IMG/VR virus record: IMGVR_UViG_3300037245_001295
Location: 32,001-96,000 of that record
Direction: 5' to 3' (one strand)
Source of the DNA: a virus
DNA: 64,000 nucleotides
This document shows positions 36,436 to 45,493 of this stretch, piece after piece (position 1 is the first letter of the stretch; each line of letters opens with the position of its first letter). Both the position numbers and the translations under genes were made by a program. The notes under the pieces were generated by a model. It was given only the letters and a program-made list of their open reading frames with translations, was not told where the DNA came from and made no database searches.

Positions 36436-37604
36436 AAACTTGCATCGCGTGTGGCTTCAGTTTGACTAAGCCCTTTTACAATCCAGGTCCGCAGCCGCTA
36501 GCGGCTCTCAATCTACCAAAGGACGAAGACTCCTCGGTAGACGCACTCCGGTACCCGATGAACTTTCATCGTTGCCTGCGATGCGGTCATATCTTCAACG
36601 TGGACTTCGACGTTGCGATGATCCCGTATGAGGAAGATTCCAACCTGATGTACAACAACGGTGCCGGTTGGCAGACCCACATGCAGGAAGTCGCGTGGCA
36701 CTTCACGGAGACCTATAGTGTAGAGAATAGTGTGGTAATCGACATTGGGGCCGGCGACGGTATGTTTCTGGAAACCTTGAAGTCACACAGCGTCAACAAC
36801 CGGTGCATTGCCTTTGAGCCTGGGATCGAGCACCGGTCGTGCGAAGCTGTTGGCTTGGAGACGTATGTTGACTACTTCATCCCGGAGCGGGATATTCCAC
36901 GCTTTCGACCACACGCCCTCACCTGTCGGCACGTCTTGGAACACATGGAGAGCCCACAAGAGTTCGTCGCCGCTTTAGCGTACTATGCTAGGAAATCCCG
37001 ACCACTGTTGCTGGTGGAGGTTCCGGGCGTTGACAAGGCACTTGCGAGTGGCCGCTTTGGCGACTACCTATATGAGCATGTGAGCAACTTCACACACCGC
37101 AGTCTCGTGGAGATGATGGGAAGCGCTGGCTGGCTCACAACTAGTTGTGCATATCATTACAATGACGAAGTGCTCGTGTGGGTGGGCCGACCCGATCCCC
37201 ACGGCTTTGAAGAACCGGTAGCAACACCCGACCCATCGAATGTGGCGGCACTGCTGGAATTCCTCCTACGTAACGAGCGTAGCGCGGCCTTCTGGGGCGG
37301 CACTGGCAAGGGCGCAGCCTTCCTCAACACCTGCGACATCGACGGCTACCGAGTAATCGACTCGGACGTTCGTAAGGCGGGGAGATACGTGCCCGGCACC
37401 AGTATGCAAATCGAAGCGGCGAGCAACCTGTTGGTTGAACCGGTGGAGACGGTCATCATCACGACCCGTTGGCGAGCCGCCGACATCTACGCGGAAATCA
37501 AACGAGACTATCCATGTGTGAAGGAAATCTTCATAGTGGATAATGACGCAATACGACAATACACAGAGGACGACTATGTCACGGAAAAAGCAAAAGAAGC
37601 GTAA
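36432..37604 (+). CDS. NDP-sugar C-methyltransferase (class I SAM, N-terminal Zn site)
   Basis: CIAC...CLRCGH; DIGAGDG; HVLEH; YEH.SNF; WG..GKG..FL; K.GRYVPGT. Confidence 0.85.
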   Translation: MKTCIACGFSLTKPFYNPGPQPLAALNLPKDEDSSVDALRYPMNFHRCLRCGHIFNVDFDVAMIPYEEDSNLMYNNGAGWQTHMQEVAWHFTETYSVENSVVIDIGAGDGMFLETLKSHSVNNRCIAFEPGIEHRSCEAVGLETYVDYFIPERDIPRFRPHALTCRHVLEHMESPQEFVAALAYYARKSRPLLLVEVPGVDKALASGRFGDYLYEHVSNFTHRSLVEMMGSAGWLTTSCAYHYNDEVLVWVGRPDPHGFEEPVATPDPSNVAALLEFLLRNERSAAFWGGTGKGAAFLNTCDIDGYRVIDSDVRKAGRYVPGTSMQIEAASNLLVEPVETVIITTRWRAADIYAEIKRDYPCVKEIFIVDNDAIRQYTEDDYVTEKAKEA

Positions 37605-39486
37605 GCCTCAGCGTAAGCCTCAGCGTAAGCCTCAGCGTAAGCGTACGGCCACGCCGATTACGTCGAAGGCCCCCTTTCTGATTAGCAAAGAACCGACGAC
37701 ACTCCCCGTCACCTTCAGGGAGAAACTCTACCGACTGATGGCGCGCGGTCAGCAAAATGCTGTGACGGAGAGTATTCTGGAGATACTTCTGTATATGCAG
37801 AACAACAACTTCAGCAGTCTCGATCAAGCGGGTCGAGATCGACTAAACGAAATCGTCAGCGCAATCTTTATGGTGATGTCCGATCCTGCCTACACGATTG
37901 ATCCCAAGTACGCAGGCACGCTGGTAGCAAGGGCGCACCTGATGGCAAACCTTGTAGCCCTTTCTTGCTATGAGACAACTGACCACATCCTGAAACAGGT
38001 GATGACCCAGAAGAATAACATCATCAAGATTTTCTTCCTGTACACCGTGCGGAATTACACTGAGTTGGACTCGACTAAATTCTTCGAGATGCAGCCAGCC
38101 CTTGCGTCCATGTGGTACTTCACGTATCCGCTCGCGACTGTTGGCTGTGTACTGCCACACCAGCAGTCCAATCTGCGTCGTCACTTTGAGACCATCAACC
38201 CCGCGTATGCACCGAGCGACCATCGTGTAGCGGTCCCGTACTTCGCGTCCACGTACTTTGCGGGGCAGGACAGGAAAGACCGCCCCATGAAGGAAACCAT
38301 CAACAACAACTGCAAGAAGTGGTTGAAAGCCGCTGGCATTAAGGTGGAAAACAAGCCAGCCCGAGACAGCATGTTGGTCGTCACCTCGAAGTGGTTTGAT
38401 AACAGCGCGGTCTATAAGAGCTACTTCCCATTCATCGACCGTTTTCGCAAGAAATACCGTATGACCTTACTAAACACCGGAGTCCACAAACCTGCGAAAT
38501 TGGCAACAGACTACTTCGACGTAGTCCACACCGCGAGAATGACTGCCAAAGGCGGTAACCTAAACGAGTTGTCGCTAAAGTCTGTGACGACTGGCGACTT
38601 CCAACTCGCGTTTTTCCCGGACATTGGAATGACAGATGAGTCCGTGTGGCTTAGTAATCTGCGAATGGCCCCTATCCAGGTCACGGGTTATGGCCACCCT
38701 GTCAGCACCTTTGGTAGTGAGATTGACTACTTCGTCGTGGGCGAGGAAGTCGAAGACTTGGATAACTTGGATAAGAACTACTCCGAGACTCCCATCGTGC
38801 TTCCCGGACTGGGCTGTGTTCCCACATGGCCAACCTACACGCCTAAACTCCCTGGGAAGAAGACCGACAAGATCGTGGCCAATTGCGTATGGGGGCCGGA
38901 CAAGTACAACTACACGATGATGCGTATACTGCAAGAACTAACGAGTCAAGCCCCGGCGATTGAGTACGCGATCTTTGCAAGCCGTGGTGTGCATCGCTAT
39001 AACTCCTTCCTCCCTTTCGCCACAGAACTGTCACAACAGTTGGGCGACACTGGCAGGCTGCACGCAGATAAAGAATACATGGAATACATGGAGGAGGCCG
39101 AGTATGGCGACTTCGCCATTAACTCGTATCCATTCGGTGGCTACAACACGGTGGTAGAAGCTCTCTTCCTTGGTAAGCCTGTGGTGACATTGGAAGGCGA
39201 CCGCTTTTATAACCTCGCGGCCTCAGCCCTGCTACGGCGGGTAGGCCTTGACGACCTTATTACCACCACGGCCCCCCAGTTCATCGGGACATGCGCCAGG
39301 ATGGTAAACGACCCCGCGTTCCTAGCCGAGCAGAAAGCAAAACTGGCCTCCGTAGATTTGAAAGAAGCGATCTTCGACACGGACGAACCGGCGTACTTTG
39401 AGCAAATGATGGAGTACATCATTGACAATCACGAGCAACTCAAAGGCAGTAAGAAACCTTTATTCGCGAGAGAGATATGTCGCTAA
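37576..39486 (+). CDS. HMW1C-like GT41 protein glycosyltransferase
   Basis: FFPDIGM, SNLRMAPIQVTGYGHPVST..SEIDY, SYPFGG.NT..EAL..G.PVV; helical N-domain with IFFLY. Confidence 0.8.
   Translation: MSRKKQKKRKPQRKPQRKPQRKRTATPITSKAPFLISKEPTTLPVTFREKLYRLMARGQQNAVTESILEILLYMQNNNFSSLDQAGRDRLNEIVSAIFMVMSDPAYTIDPKYAGTLVARAHLMANLVALSCYETTDHILKQVMTQKNNIIKIFFLYTVRNYTELDSTKFFEMQPALASMWYFTYPLATVGCVLPHQQSNLRRHFETINPAYAPSDHRVAVPYFASTYFAGQDRKDRPMKETINNNCKKWLKAAGIKVENKPARDSMLVVTSKWFDNSAVYKSYFPFIDRFRKKYRMTLLNTGVHKPAKLATDYFDVVHTARMTAKGGNLNELSLKSVTTGDFQLAFFPDIGMTDESVWLSNLRMAPIQVTGYGHPVSTFGSEIDYFVVGEEVEDLDNLDKNYSETPIVLPGLGCVPTWPTYTPKLPGKKTDKIVANCVWGPDKYNYTMMRILQELTSQAPAIEYAIFASRGVHRYNSFLPFATELSQQLGDTGRLHADKEYMEYMEEAEYGDFAINSYPFGGYNTVVEALFLGKPVVTLEGDRFYNLAASALLRRVGLDDLITTTAPQFIGTCARMVNDPAFLAEQKAKLASVDLKEAIFDTDEPAYFEQMMEYIIDNHEQLKGSKKPLFAREICR
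37598..37642 (+). repeat. 12-bp tandem repeat AGCGTAAGCCTC x3.75
   Basis: Read directly; encodes RKPQ repeats. Confidence 0.9.
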
Positions 39487-40559
39487 CACCCGTTGAAGTA
39501 GTCTATGTACACGCCGTAGAGCCCCACCCCAACGCCGACCGGTTGGAAGTAGCGAAGGTGCTCGGTACCCAGTTCGTTACCCAGAAGGGTAACTTGAAGG
39601 TGGGAGACCTTGTGGTCTACTTCCCGCCCGATATGTTGATCCCGGAAGAGATGGGGGTGAAGCTGGGTGTGGATGGCTACTTGAAGCACTCGATCTATCC
39701 TGGAGACATTGCGAAGACCAAGTGCCGCATCGGAGCGATCCGACTACGGGGCACGGCGTCATTCGGCTTTGGCATCGCTGTGACTACTGAGCCAATACTT
39801 GAATTGATGGCCGACCTCGGCATCGAGAAAGGCTGCGACGTATCGGCGGTGTTCCGAGCCGTCAAGTATCAACCGCCCGAGCGGTTTCAGCGCGGCGACA
39901 CTGTACGCCAGCCTGGAACGTTCCACACCTATACCAACATCCAGCACTACTACCGCAATGTAAGTGCTATCGCAGAAGGTACTCCGGTACGCATCACCGA
40001 GAAGCTGCACGGCACGAACTCTCGTCTTGGCGGGTGCCTAGATGACGGCTTCGAGTTTATGTGCGGCACACACCACCGCCGGGTGGCACCTGGAGACGCG
40101 AAGGGCCGACGCTCGCTATACTGGGAGCCGATGACCGACGACATGCACGACATGATCGAATTCCTCTCAGCTAACGGCCTGCATAACATCATTGTGTTCG
40201 GTGAGATTTACGGTCAAGGCATTCAGAAGATGGATTACGCCCGCACCAAGAAGCGCGGCTACCGAGTCTTTGACATCTCAGTCGATGGCCAGTACGTAGA
40301 CTGGAAGTACGTGAAGTCGTACTGCAACCTGTACGACATCGAGATGGTGCCCCTGCTGTACTCGGGTCCGTTCATCCATGAGTTGGTGCCGGAACTCACC
40401 TCCGGGCCTACCACGATGGCAGACCCCGATGCCATCCGGTGCAAGTTCAAGGGCCGCGAAGGTATCGTGATTACACCCTTGACTGAGACGTACAGCCCGG
40501 TCATTGGCGGGCGAACGATCCTGAAATCCGTAAGCCCAGAATACCATGAGGCTATGTGA
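39477..40559 (+). CDS. RNA ligase, DRB0094-type (OB-fold plus Rnl2-like)
   Basis: HPNADRLE, GDLVVYFPPD, TEKLHGTN, FGEIYG, FDI, REGIVI, LK.VS. Confidence 0.88.
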   Translation: MSLTPVEVVYVHAVEPHPNADRLEVAKVLGTQFVTQKGNLKVGDLVVYFPPDMLIPEEMGVKLGVDGYLKHSIYPGDIAKTKCRIGAIRLRGTASFGFGIAVTTEPILELMADLGIEKGCDVSAVFRAVKYQPPERFQRGDTVRQPGTFHTYTNIQHYYRNVSAIAEGTPVRITEKLHGTNSRLGGCLDDGFEFMCGTHHRRVAPGDAKGRRSLYWEPMTDDMHDMIEFLSANGLHNIIVFGEIYGQGIQKMDYARTKKRGYRVFDISVDGQYVDWKYVKSYCNLYDIEMVPLLYSGPFIHELVPELTSGPTTMADPDAIRCKFKGREGIVITPLTETYSPVIGGRTILKSVSPEYHEAM

Positions 40560-41161
40560 TGAGATTTGTGAGCATTGACATTGAGACGACCGGGCTCGAC
40601 CCCAACACTTGCCAAGTTCTGGAGATCGGAGCCGTTATTGAGGACGATAGGCTAGGCCTTAACGAACTGCCCACTTTCCGGTACCGAATACTGCGGGACA
40701 ACTACGTGGGCGAGCCTTATGCTCTCAGTATGCACAAGGACTTGTTCAAGGACTTGGCTAACGCGACAAGGAACACGACAGGTGGCATTCAGGCGAGGGG
40801 AGTCGCACTGATGAACCTTTGTTGGTATGGTCTTGAACGCGAGTTTGCCACGTATTTTGCCGAATGGCTCCTAGCATGCGATATTGACCCGACGAAGTTC
40901 GTCGCGGCCGGTAAGAACTTCGCCCACTTCGATGAGCCCTTCTTGAAGACGCTCACGGGCACGGGCATCGTCAGGTGGCATCACAGGATTCTCGACCCTG
41001 GCAGTATGTACGTGCGGCCGACTGACGAGTTCATGCCGGACACTAACGAATGCTGTAGACGTGCGGGTCTCGACCCCGCTTACATCCCCGGCGACGAACA
41101 CACCTCAATCCACGATGCGTTGGTAGTGGTCGCCCTAATCCGAAGCCGCTGGATAAAGTAA
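40556..41161 (+). CDS. DEDDh exonuclease
   Basis: SIDIETTG, AGKNFAHFD, HRILD, H.SIHDA. Confidence 0.85.
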   Translation: MMRFVSIDIETTGLDPNTCQVLEIGAVIEDDRLGLNELPTFRYRILRDNYVGEPYALSMHKDLFKDLANATRNTTGGIQARGVALMNLCWYGLEREFATYFAEWLLACDIDPTKFVAAGKNFAHFDEPFLKTLTGTGIVRWHHRILDPGSMYVRPTDEFMPDTNECCRRAGLDPAYIPGDEHTSIHDALVVVALIRSRWIK

Positions 41162-41664
41162 TGACACGAGCAGACCTTCTCAAGACTATTAGATCAGGGG
41201 TGCGTGGCTACCGCCGCACACACTCTGGCGATCTCAAGCGGAGCCTTAGTTACTGGTTGTTGAAGCTAATGCAAGTGAACACACAAGCCACCCTCGACGG
41301 AGTCTGGTGCGAAATTAGGCATGAGCATTACTTCTATAGGGTGGCGAGTCTTGCCGTACTGTGCCTGGACGACAATGGCGTCATCAGGGCCGGAACAGGT
41401 CCACCTATTGAGAGATTGGTGCGCCCGGAAGAAGCTGATTTGGATGTTGTGCTGATGGCCATTCATCTAGGGTGTGCTAAGTATTCAGCGGACAGCACAA
41501 CAGATTTGATTGTTAGGATTAACTCCCACTTGCACGATGCTGTTGATTCACACGCTGCACCTAACAACAAGGTATTCACCCTGCTGGAGATTCGCGATAT
41601 TGCCAGCATGGCAATACTAGGACTGGAAATAACAAAACTCAACGGAGACAATGATGCTAAGTGA
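41161..41664 (+). CDS. hypothetical helical protein (possibly duplicated MazG-like module)
   Basis: Two copies of an R.(V/I)AS(L/M)A(V/I)L.L(D/E) helix. Confidence 0.45.
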   Translation: MTRADLLKTIRSGVRGYRRTHSGDLKRSLSYWLLKLMQVNTQATLDGVWCEIRHEHYFYRVASLAVLCLDDNGVIRAGTGPPIERLVRPEEADLDVVLMAIHLGCAKYSADSTTDLIVRINSHLHDAVDSHAAPNNKVFTLLEIRDIASMAILGLEITKLNGDNDAK

Positions 41665-42958
41665 CACTAAAGTGAAGAAGATCAAGCAACAACTGGCTGA
41701 GGACGAACTTACACAGCCAGAGATTGCAAAAAAGCATGGGATCAGCCGCTCGCTAGTCTCGAACATTGCCACCGGCCGGGCTTACGCCAAGGTAGAAGGG
41801 CCAGATGCACCGCCCAAGACCCAGAAGGGACAGCGTAAGAAGCTGCAAGCGTATGACCCGACGAACGACCGGATTTTGGAGCTTGAGTCTGACGTGGTCC
41901 ACCTACGTGAGGAACGGAATTTCGCAAGGCAACAGCTAAAGGTGGCCTCGAAGACTCGTGGACTATTGGAGGCCATGACCAGTGAAATGGATCGGGTAGT
42001 CAAACCTTTCGCCACACTGCCAAGAGCGCGGCAGCCATTCGCTAAGGCGAAGGCGGGTGGTGTGACCGAGCATCTGGTCCTCCATATCAGCGACGGTCAC
42101 CACGATCAGATCGTCCGACCTGAGGAGTGCGGCGGCCTGGAACAGTACGACTTCCCCATCAGTGTACGGCGCGGCGAGAAACTGATCGACACGGTATTGA
42201 AGTGGACGCAGCAAACTCTGGCCCCTCAGTTCAAGTTCCCTGAGGTGACGGTGCTGGCCTATGGCGATCATACCAGCGGCGAGATTCACGGAGCGGTGAA
42301 CCGGTCGTACTTCAAGAACCAGTTCAAGAACTCCCTGGCGATTGGACAGTTCCACTCCCTGATGTATCGTGACCTTGCCCCATACTTTGACGTGGTGAAC
42401 GTGGTGTACGTGCCTGGAAACCACGGCCGACGTTCAAAGATGAAGAACCACCACGGCGCTCAGGACAATTGGGACTATCTGGTCGCGAAGACGGCTGAGA
42501 TGTACTGCCGTGACATTAAGAACGTCTTTTTTACGATCCCGAATTCGTTCAGCATTAACGTAGACATCTGTGGACACGGCTTCTGTATCTTCCACGGTGA
42601 TGACGTGAAGTCCAACATGGGTATCCCGTGGTACGGCCTGGAACGTCGTCAGCGGCGGTACGCGGCCCTGGGACGTGTTATGAGTGGTCCATCAGTTCGT
42701 TACTTCTGCTGCGGTCACTTCCACAGGCCGGGCAACGTGAGCGAGGTGGACGGAGAACTGCTGATGAATGGCCCGTGGGTAGCTACCGATGCCTATGCCT
42801 TCAATGCACTGTCGGCCTACTCAGCCCCGACGCAGTTGTTGCACGGAGTCCACGAGAAGTACGGCATCACCTGGAGGCTGCCTATTAAGCTGAAATCGGA
42901 CGACGAGCTTGACGGGCCTCAGCGTTACAAGATCGACTTGTTTGACGAGGTGGGGTAG
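41651..42958 (+). CDS. HTH plus metallophosphoesterase
   Basis: QPEIAKKHGISRSLVSNI HTH; SDGH, GD, PGNHGR, FHGD, GHFH. Confidence 0.8.
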   Translation: MMLSDTKVKKIKQQLAEDELTQPEIAKKHGISRSLVSNIATGRAYAKVEGPDAPPKTQKGQRKKLQAYDPTNDRILELESDVVHLREERNFARQQLKVASKTRGLLEAMTSEMDRVVKPFATLPRARQPFAKAKAGGVTEHLVLHISDGHHDQIVRPEECGGLEQYDFPISVRRGEKLIDTVLKWTQQTLAPQFKFPEVTVLAYGDHTSGEIHGAVNRSYFKNQFKNSLAIGQFHSLMYRDLAPYFDVVNVVYVPGNHGRRSKMKNHHGAQDNWDYLVAKTAEMYCRDIKNVFFTIPNSFSINVDICGHGFCIFHGDDVKSNMGIPWYGLERRQRRYAALGRVMSGPSVRYFCCGHFHRPGNVSEVDGELLMNGPWVATDAYAFNALSAYSAPTQLLHGVHEKYGITWRLPIKLKSDDELDGPQRYKIDLFDEVG

Positions 42959-43173
42959 TGAAAGACCTGAGTACACGCCGCCGCACGTTGGCGAAGGCCT
43001 TCTCGTGGCGGGCGGTATCCATCGTGATGACTTCAGGTTTGGTCTGGGCAATCACCGGCAGCCTGCAAACGGGCATGGCTGTCGGTGGCATTGACTTCGC
43101 CGTGAAGTTCGCGGTGTTCTATTATCACGAACGATTGTGGCATCAAATTAAGTGGGGGAAGAATAATGGATGA
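42958..43173 (+). CDS. DUF2061-like membrane protein
   Basis: R...KA.SWR...ITG...K...YY.HER.W..I.WG. Confidence 0.75.
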   Translation: MKDLSTRRRTLAKAFSWRAVSIVMTSGLVWAITGSLQTGMAVGGIDFAVKFAVFYYHERLWHQIKWGKNNG

Positions 43174-43402
43174 ACTACTGCGGCTTTTAGCTACGTGGGA
43201 AATTTCTCTCAGCGTGACAACTGTAAAAGGGCGGCCCGCCATTCTTTTTAAGTCAATGCGCGAAGGCGAAGATTTCACGATTGCTATAAAGTACGACCCT
43301 GAGAAACGTACTCTTAAAAATTTAATCCAGACTTGTGTACAACCTGCTGGAGGTGTCATTTACAAGGCGCGTAGAGACGCGGGGACGGTGGCTAATGGAT
43401 GA
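43166..43402 (+). CDS. small paralog family member A
   Basis: MDELL..L...ISL...QPAGGVI. Confidence 0.55.
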   Translation: MDELLRLLATWEISLSVTTVKGRPAILFKSMREGEDFTIAIKYDPEKRTLKNLIQTCVQPAGGVIYKARRDAGTVANG

Positions 43403-43631
43403 ATTGATGAAAGTTCTGCTCGATAACCAAGTATCTCTTGGAGTCATGGACTTCCCAAGTGACGAACCTATGTGGGCGATCAGATCAAACCTTGGCGAGT
43501 ATTTTTGTGCTTTTAGCACTGATCCCGACATTACTGTAGAAGACTTTGTGAGTTGGTATATCAAACCCGCAGCGGGGGCGATACGAGCTAACAGAGAGGC
43601 AGAAGAAAGGGAGGTGCGCGACGATGGATAA
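43395..43631 (+). CDS. small paralog family member B
   Basis: MDELM..L...VSL...WAIRSNLG...KPAAGAI. Confidence 0.55.
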   Translation: MDELMKVLLDNQVSLGVMDFPSDEPMWAIRSNLGEYFCAFSTDPDITVEDFVSWYIKPAAGAIRANREAEEREVRDDG

Positions 43632-43899
43632 CTTGTCAAAGGCGGTAGCGACCTTGCTGTTTGATTATTCAGTGGCTCTAAGTATTGAGAAGACCAAGGA
43701 CGGTCGCAAGTGGTGGGTGATCCGATCAACCTTAGGGGATGAATGGTACTGGTGCTGGGAGGTTGCTACTTACTACACCTTTGAAGAGTTGCTTGAAACT
43801 TGGCTGCTACCCGCCGCCAAAGACCTAGCTGAAAAACGAAAAGCCGACCCTGAACGATACGAGGATCACGATGGCTTTGAAGACCTGCCCGAACTGTAA
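43624..43899 (+). CDS. small paralog family member C
   Basis: MDNL...LL...VAL...WVIRSTLG...LPAAKDL. Confidence 0.55.
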   Translation: MDNLSKAVATLLFDYSVALSIEKTKDGRKWWVIRSTLGDEWYWCWEVATYYTFEELLETWLLPAAKDLAEKRKADPERYEDHDGFEDLPEL

Positions 43900-44218
43900 G
43901 AAGAAGCGAGGCACCCGCACGAAAGTTTGCAAGTGCGGGCACGCCTTTAATAAACACCCCCTGGTCCCAGAGCCAGGGGGTTGGGTCTTGGATACTTACA
44001 AAGGCCTGCCGGAGATCGACCCACCGGGCGAGCTTCCCGCTGGGAAGATGACGGTCCCTGCGGTGTACGATCATGTGTCGCGTGAAGGGTTGGGCTTTTG
44101 CATCTACCACCTGATCCCGGCCAACAAAATCAAAGACGCAAAGCTCCGCAAGCTCTGGACCGACGCTCGCGCAGCCTTGGGTAGAATCAAGGAGTATCTA
44201 GATGTACATAATTCCTGA
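43871..44218 (+). CDS. zinc-ribbon protein
   Basis: KTCPNC...C.CGH.F. Confidence 0.55.
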   Translation: MALKTCPNCKKKRGTRTKVCKCGHAFNKHPLVPEPGGWVLDTYKGLPEIDPPGELPAGKMTVPAVYDHVSREGLGFCIYHLIPANKIKDAKLRKLWTDARAALGRIKEYLDVHNS

Positions 44219-44738
44219 GAAGAAGTTCGCCTTTATTGCCAACCCACGTACCGGCAGCAAGGCGGTTCGCGATGCCCTGCTTCAGGCAGGGGGGGTGCTG
44301 GTCGGAGGCCATCACACCACGCCCGCCGACAATCCCGAGATTGAGATTGGCCCAGACTGGACGGTCTGCTCGACAGTGCGTAACCACTGGGATGCCATGA
44401 TCTCGTGGTGGTTCAAGATCGAGCGAAAGCGTAACGCGATGATCCCGCTGGTAGAATTCCTGCCCCGCTTCTGCGCGAACAATCCGAACTTCGTTCGTGA
44501 CGGGCGCCTGTGGTGGCACGGTGAGCCTTGCATCAATACGTACCTGCGGTACCAGTGGCTTGAGGCCGATTTGAATCAAGCCCTTGTTAAGGTCGGGCTG
44601 AACCCAGTCGATCTGCCGCAAGTCATCGACTCACAGCGTGAGGGGAGACCCTATCAGGTATTCTACAAGAAGGCGACGGCCCGTTGGGTCGGTAGTTACT
44701 TCGCAGAGGAGATTGAGGAATATGGCTACAAATTCTAG
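44202..44738 (+). CDS. sulfotransferase family-2-like protein
   Basis: FAFIANPRTGSKAV (5'-PSB-like), VRNHWDAMISW (3'-PB-like), YGYKF end. Confidence 0.7.
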   Translation: MYIIPEKKFAFIANPRTGSKAVRDALLQAGGVLVGGHHTTPADNPEIEIGPDWTVCSTVRNHWDAMISWWFKIERKRNAMIPLVEFLPRFCANNPNFVRDGRLWWHGEPCINTYLRYQWLEADLNQALVKVGLNPVDLPQVIDSQREGRPYQVFYKKATARWVGSYFAEEIEEYGYKF

Positions 44739-44916
44739 TATCCAGAGCGAGATGCCCGACGCAGACGACGCTTGGCGTGCCTCAGACTGGGAGTGCCCCA
44801 CATGCGGTAAACTAATGTGGGCGTCGGACTGGTGGGATGACACACTCGAAGCTGGGGGTGCGTGCATTGGCACATGGTATCAATGCGGAGACTGCGGCGA
44901 CTACGAGACCGGCTAA
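44722..44916 (+). CDS. small zinc-ribbon protein
   Basis: CPTCG...CGDCG. Confidence 0.5.
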   Translation: MATNSSIQSEMPDADDAWRASDWECPTCGKLMWASDWWDDTLEAGGACIGTWYQCGDCGDYETG

Positions 44917-44919
44917 CCA

Positions 44920-45468
44920 ATGAAATTCATGGAGCGAACAATGAAGTACCCAATGACTGATAACCGCGAGATCGACATAGATGACAGACCCCACGAGCCG
45001 ACCGACAATGCCTTGGTTATGACGCACGGCCTACCTCGTTCGGGGAAGTCTACGTGGTCGCGAACACACGTCGGCCCAATCGTCTGCCCCGACTCCATCC
45101 GACTGGCGAAGACTGGGAAGCGATGGTTCGGCCCAATTGAGCATGAGGTGTGGGCCACGGCTCGGACGATGGTTCGCGCCCTCTTCCTATCCGGTCACAA
45201 GACCGTGATATTGGACTCTACAACCGGCACCCGCTCACAGCGGGATATGTTCCTGCCCTCCCCAGACGTGCCGTGGCGTAGGTACCTAAAGGTGGTACCC
45301 ACTACGAGGGGTACGTGCATCCTCAGGGCTTTGAGCGGACCTTACCCCGAATTGGTCGAGGTGATTAACTACATGGCCGACAACTGGGAGCCCGTACAGC
45401 CTGAGGAAGAAATTATCACGCAATGGGGTGGAAATTTGGCGAAACCGCTTGACTTTATGAAACCGTAG
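44920..45468 (+). CDS. P-loop kinase (polynucleotide-kinase/AAA_33-like)
   Basis: GLPRSGKSTW, PDSIR, VILDST...R. Confidence 0.8.
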   Translation: MKFMERTMKYPMTDNREIDIDDRPHEPTDNALVMTHGLPRSGKSTWSRTHVGPIVCPDSIRLAKTGKRWFGPIEHEVWATARTMVRALFLSGHKTVILDSTTGTRSQRDMFLPSPDVPWRRYLKVVPTTRGTCILRALSGPYPELVEVINYMADNWEPVQPEEEIITQWGGNLAKPLDFMKP

Positions 45469-45476
45469 TGTATACT
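45449..45476 (+). promoter_or_regulatory. sigma-70-type promoter
   Basis: TTGACT-16 bp-TATACT directly upstream of the tRNA-like element. Confidence 0.6.
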
Positions 45477-45493
45477 TGTAATAGAGGAAGACA

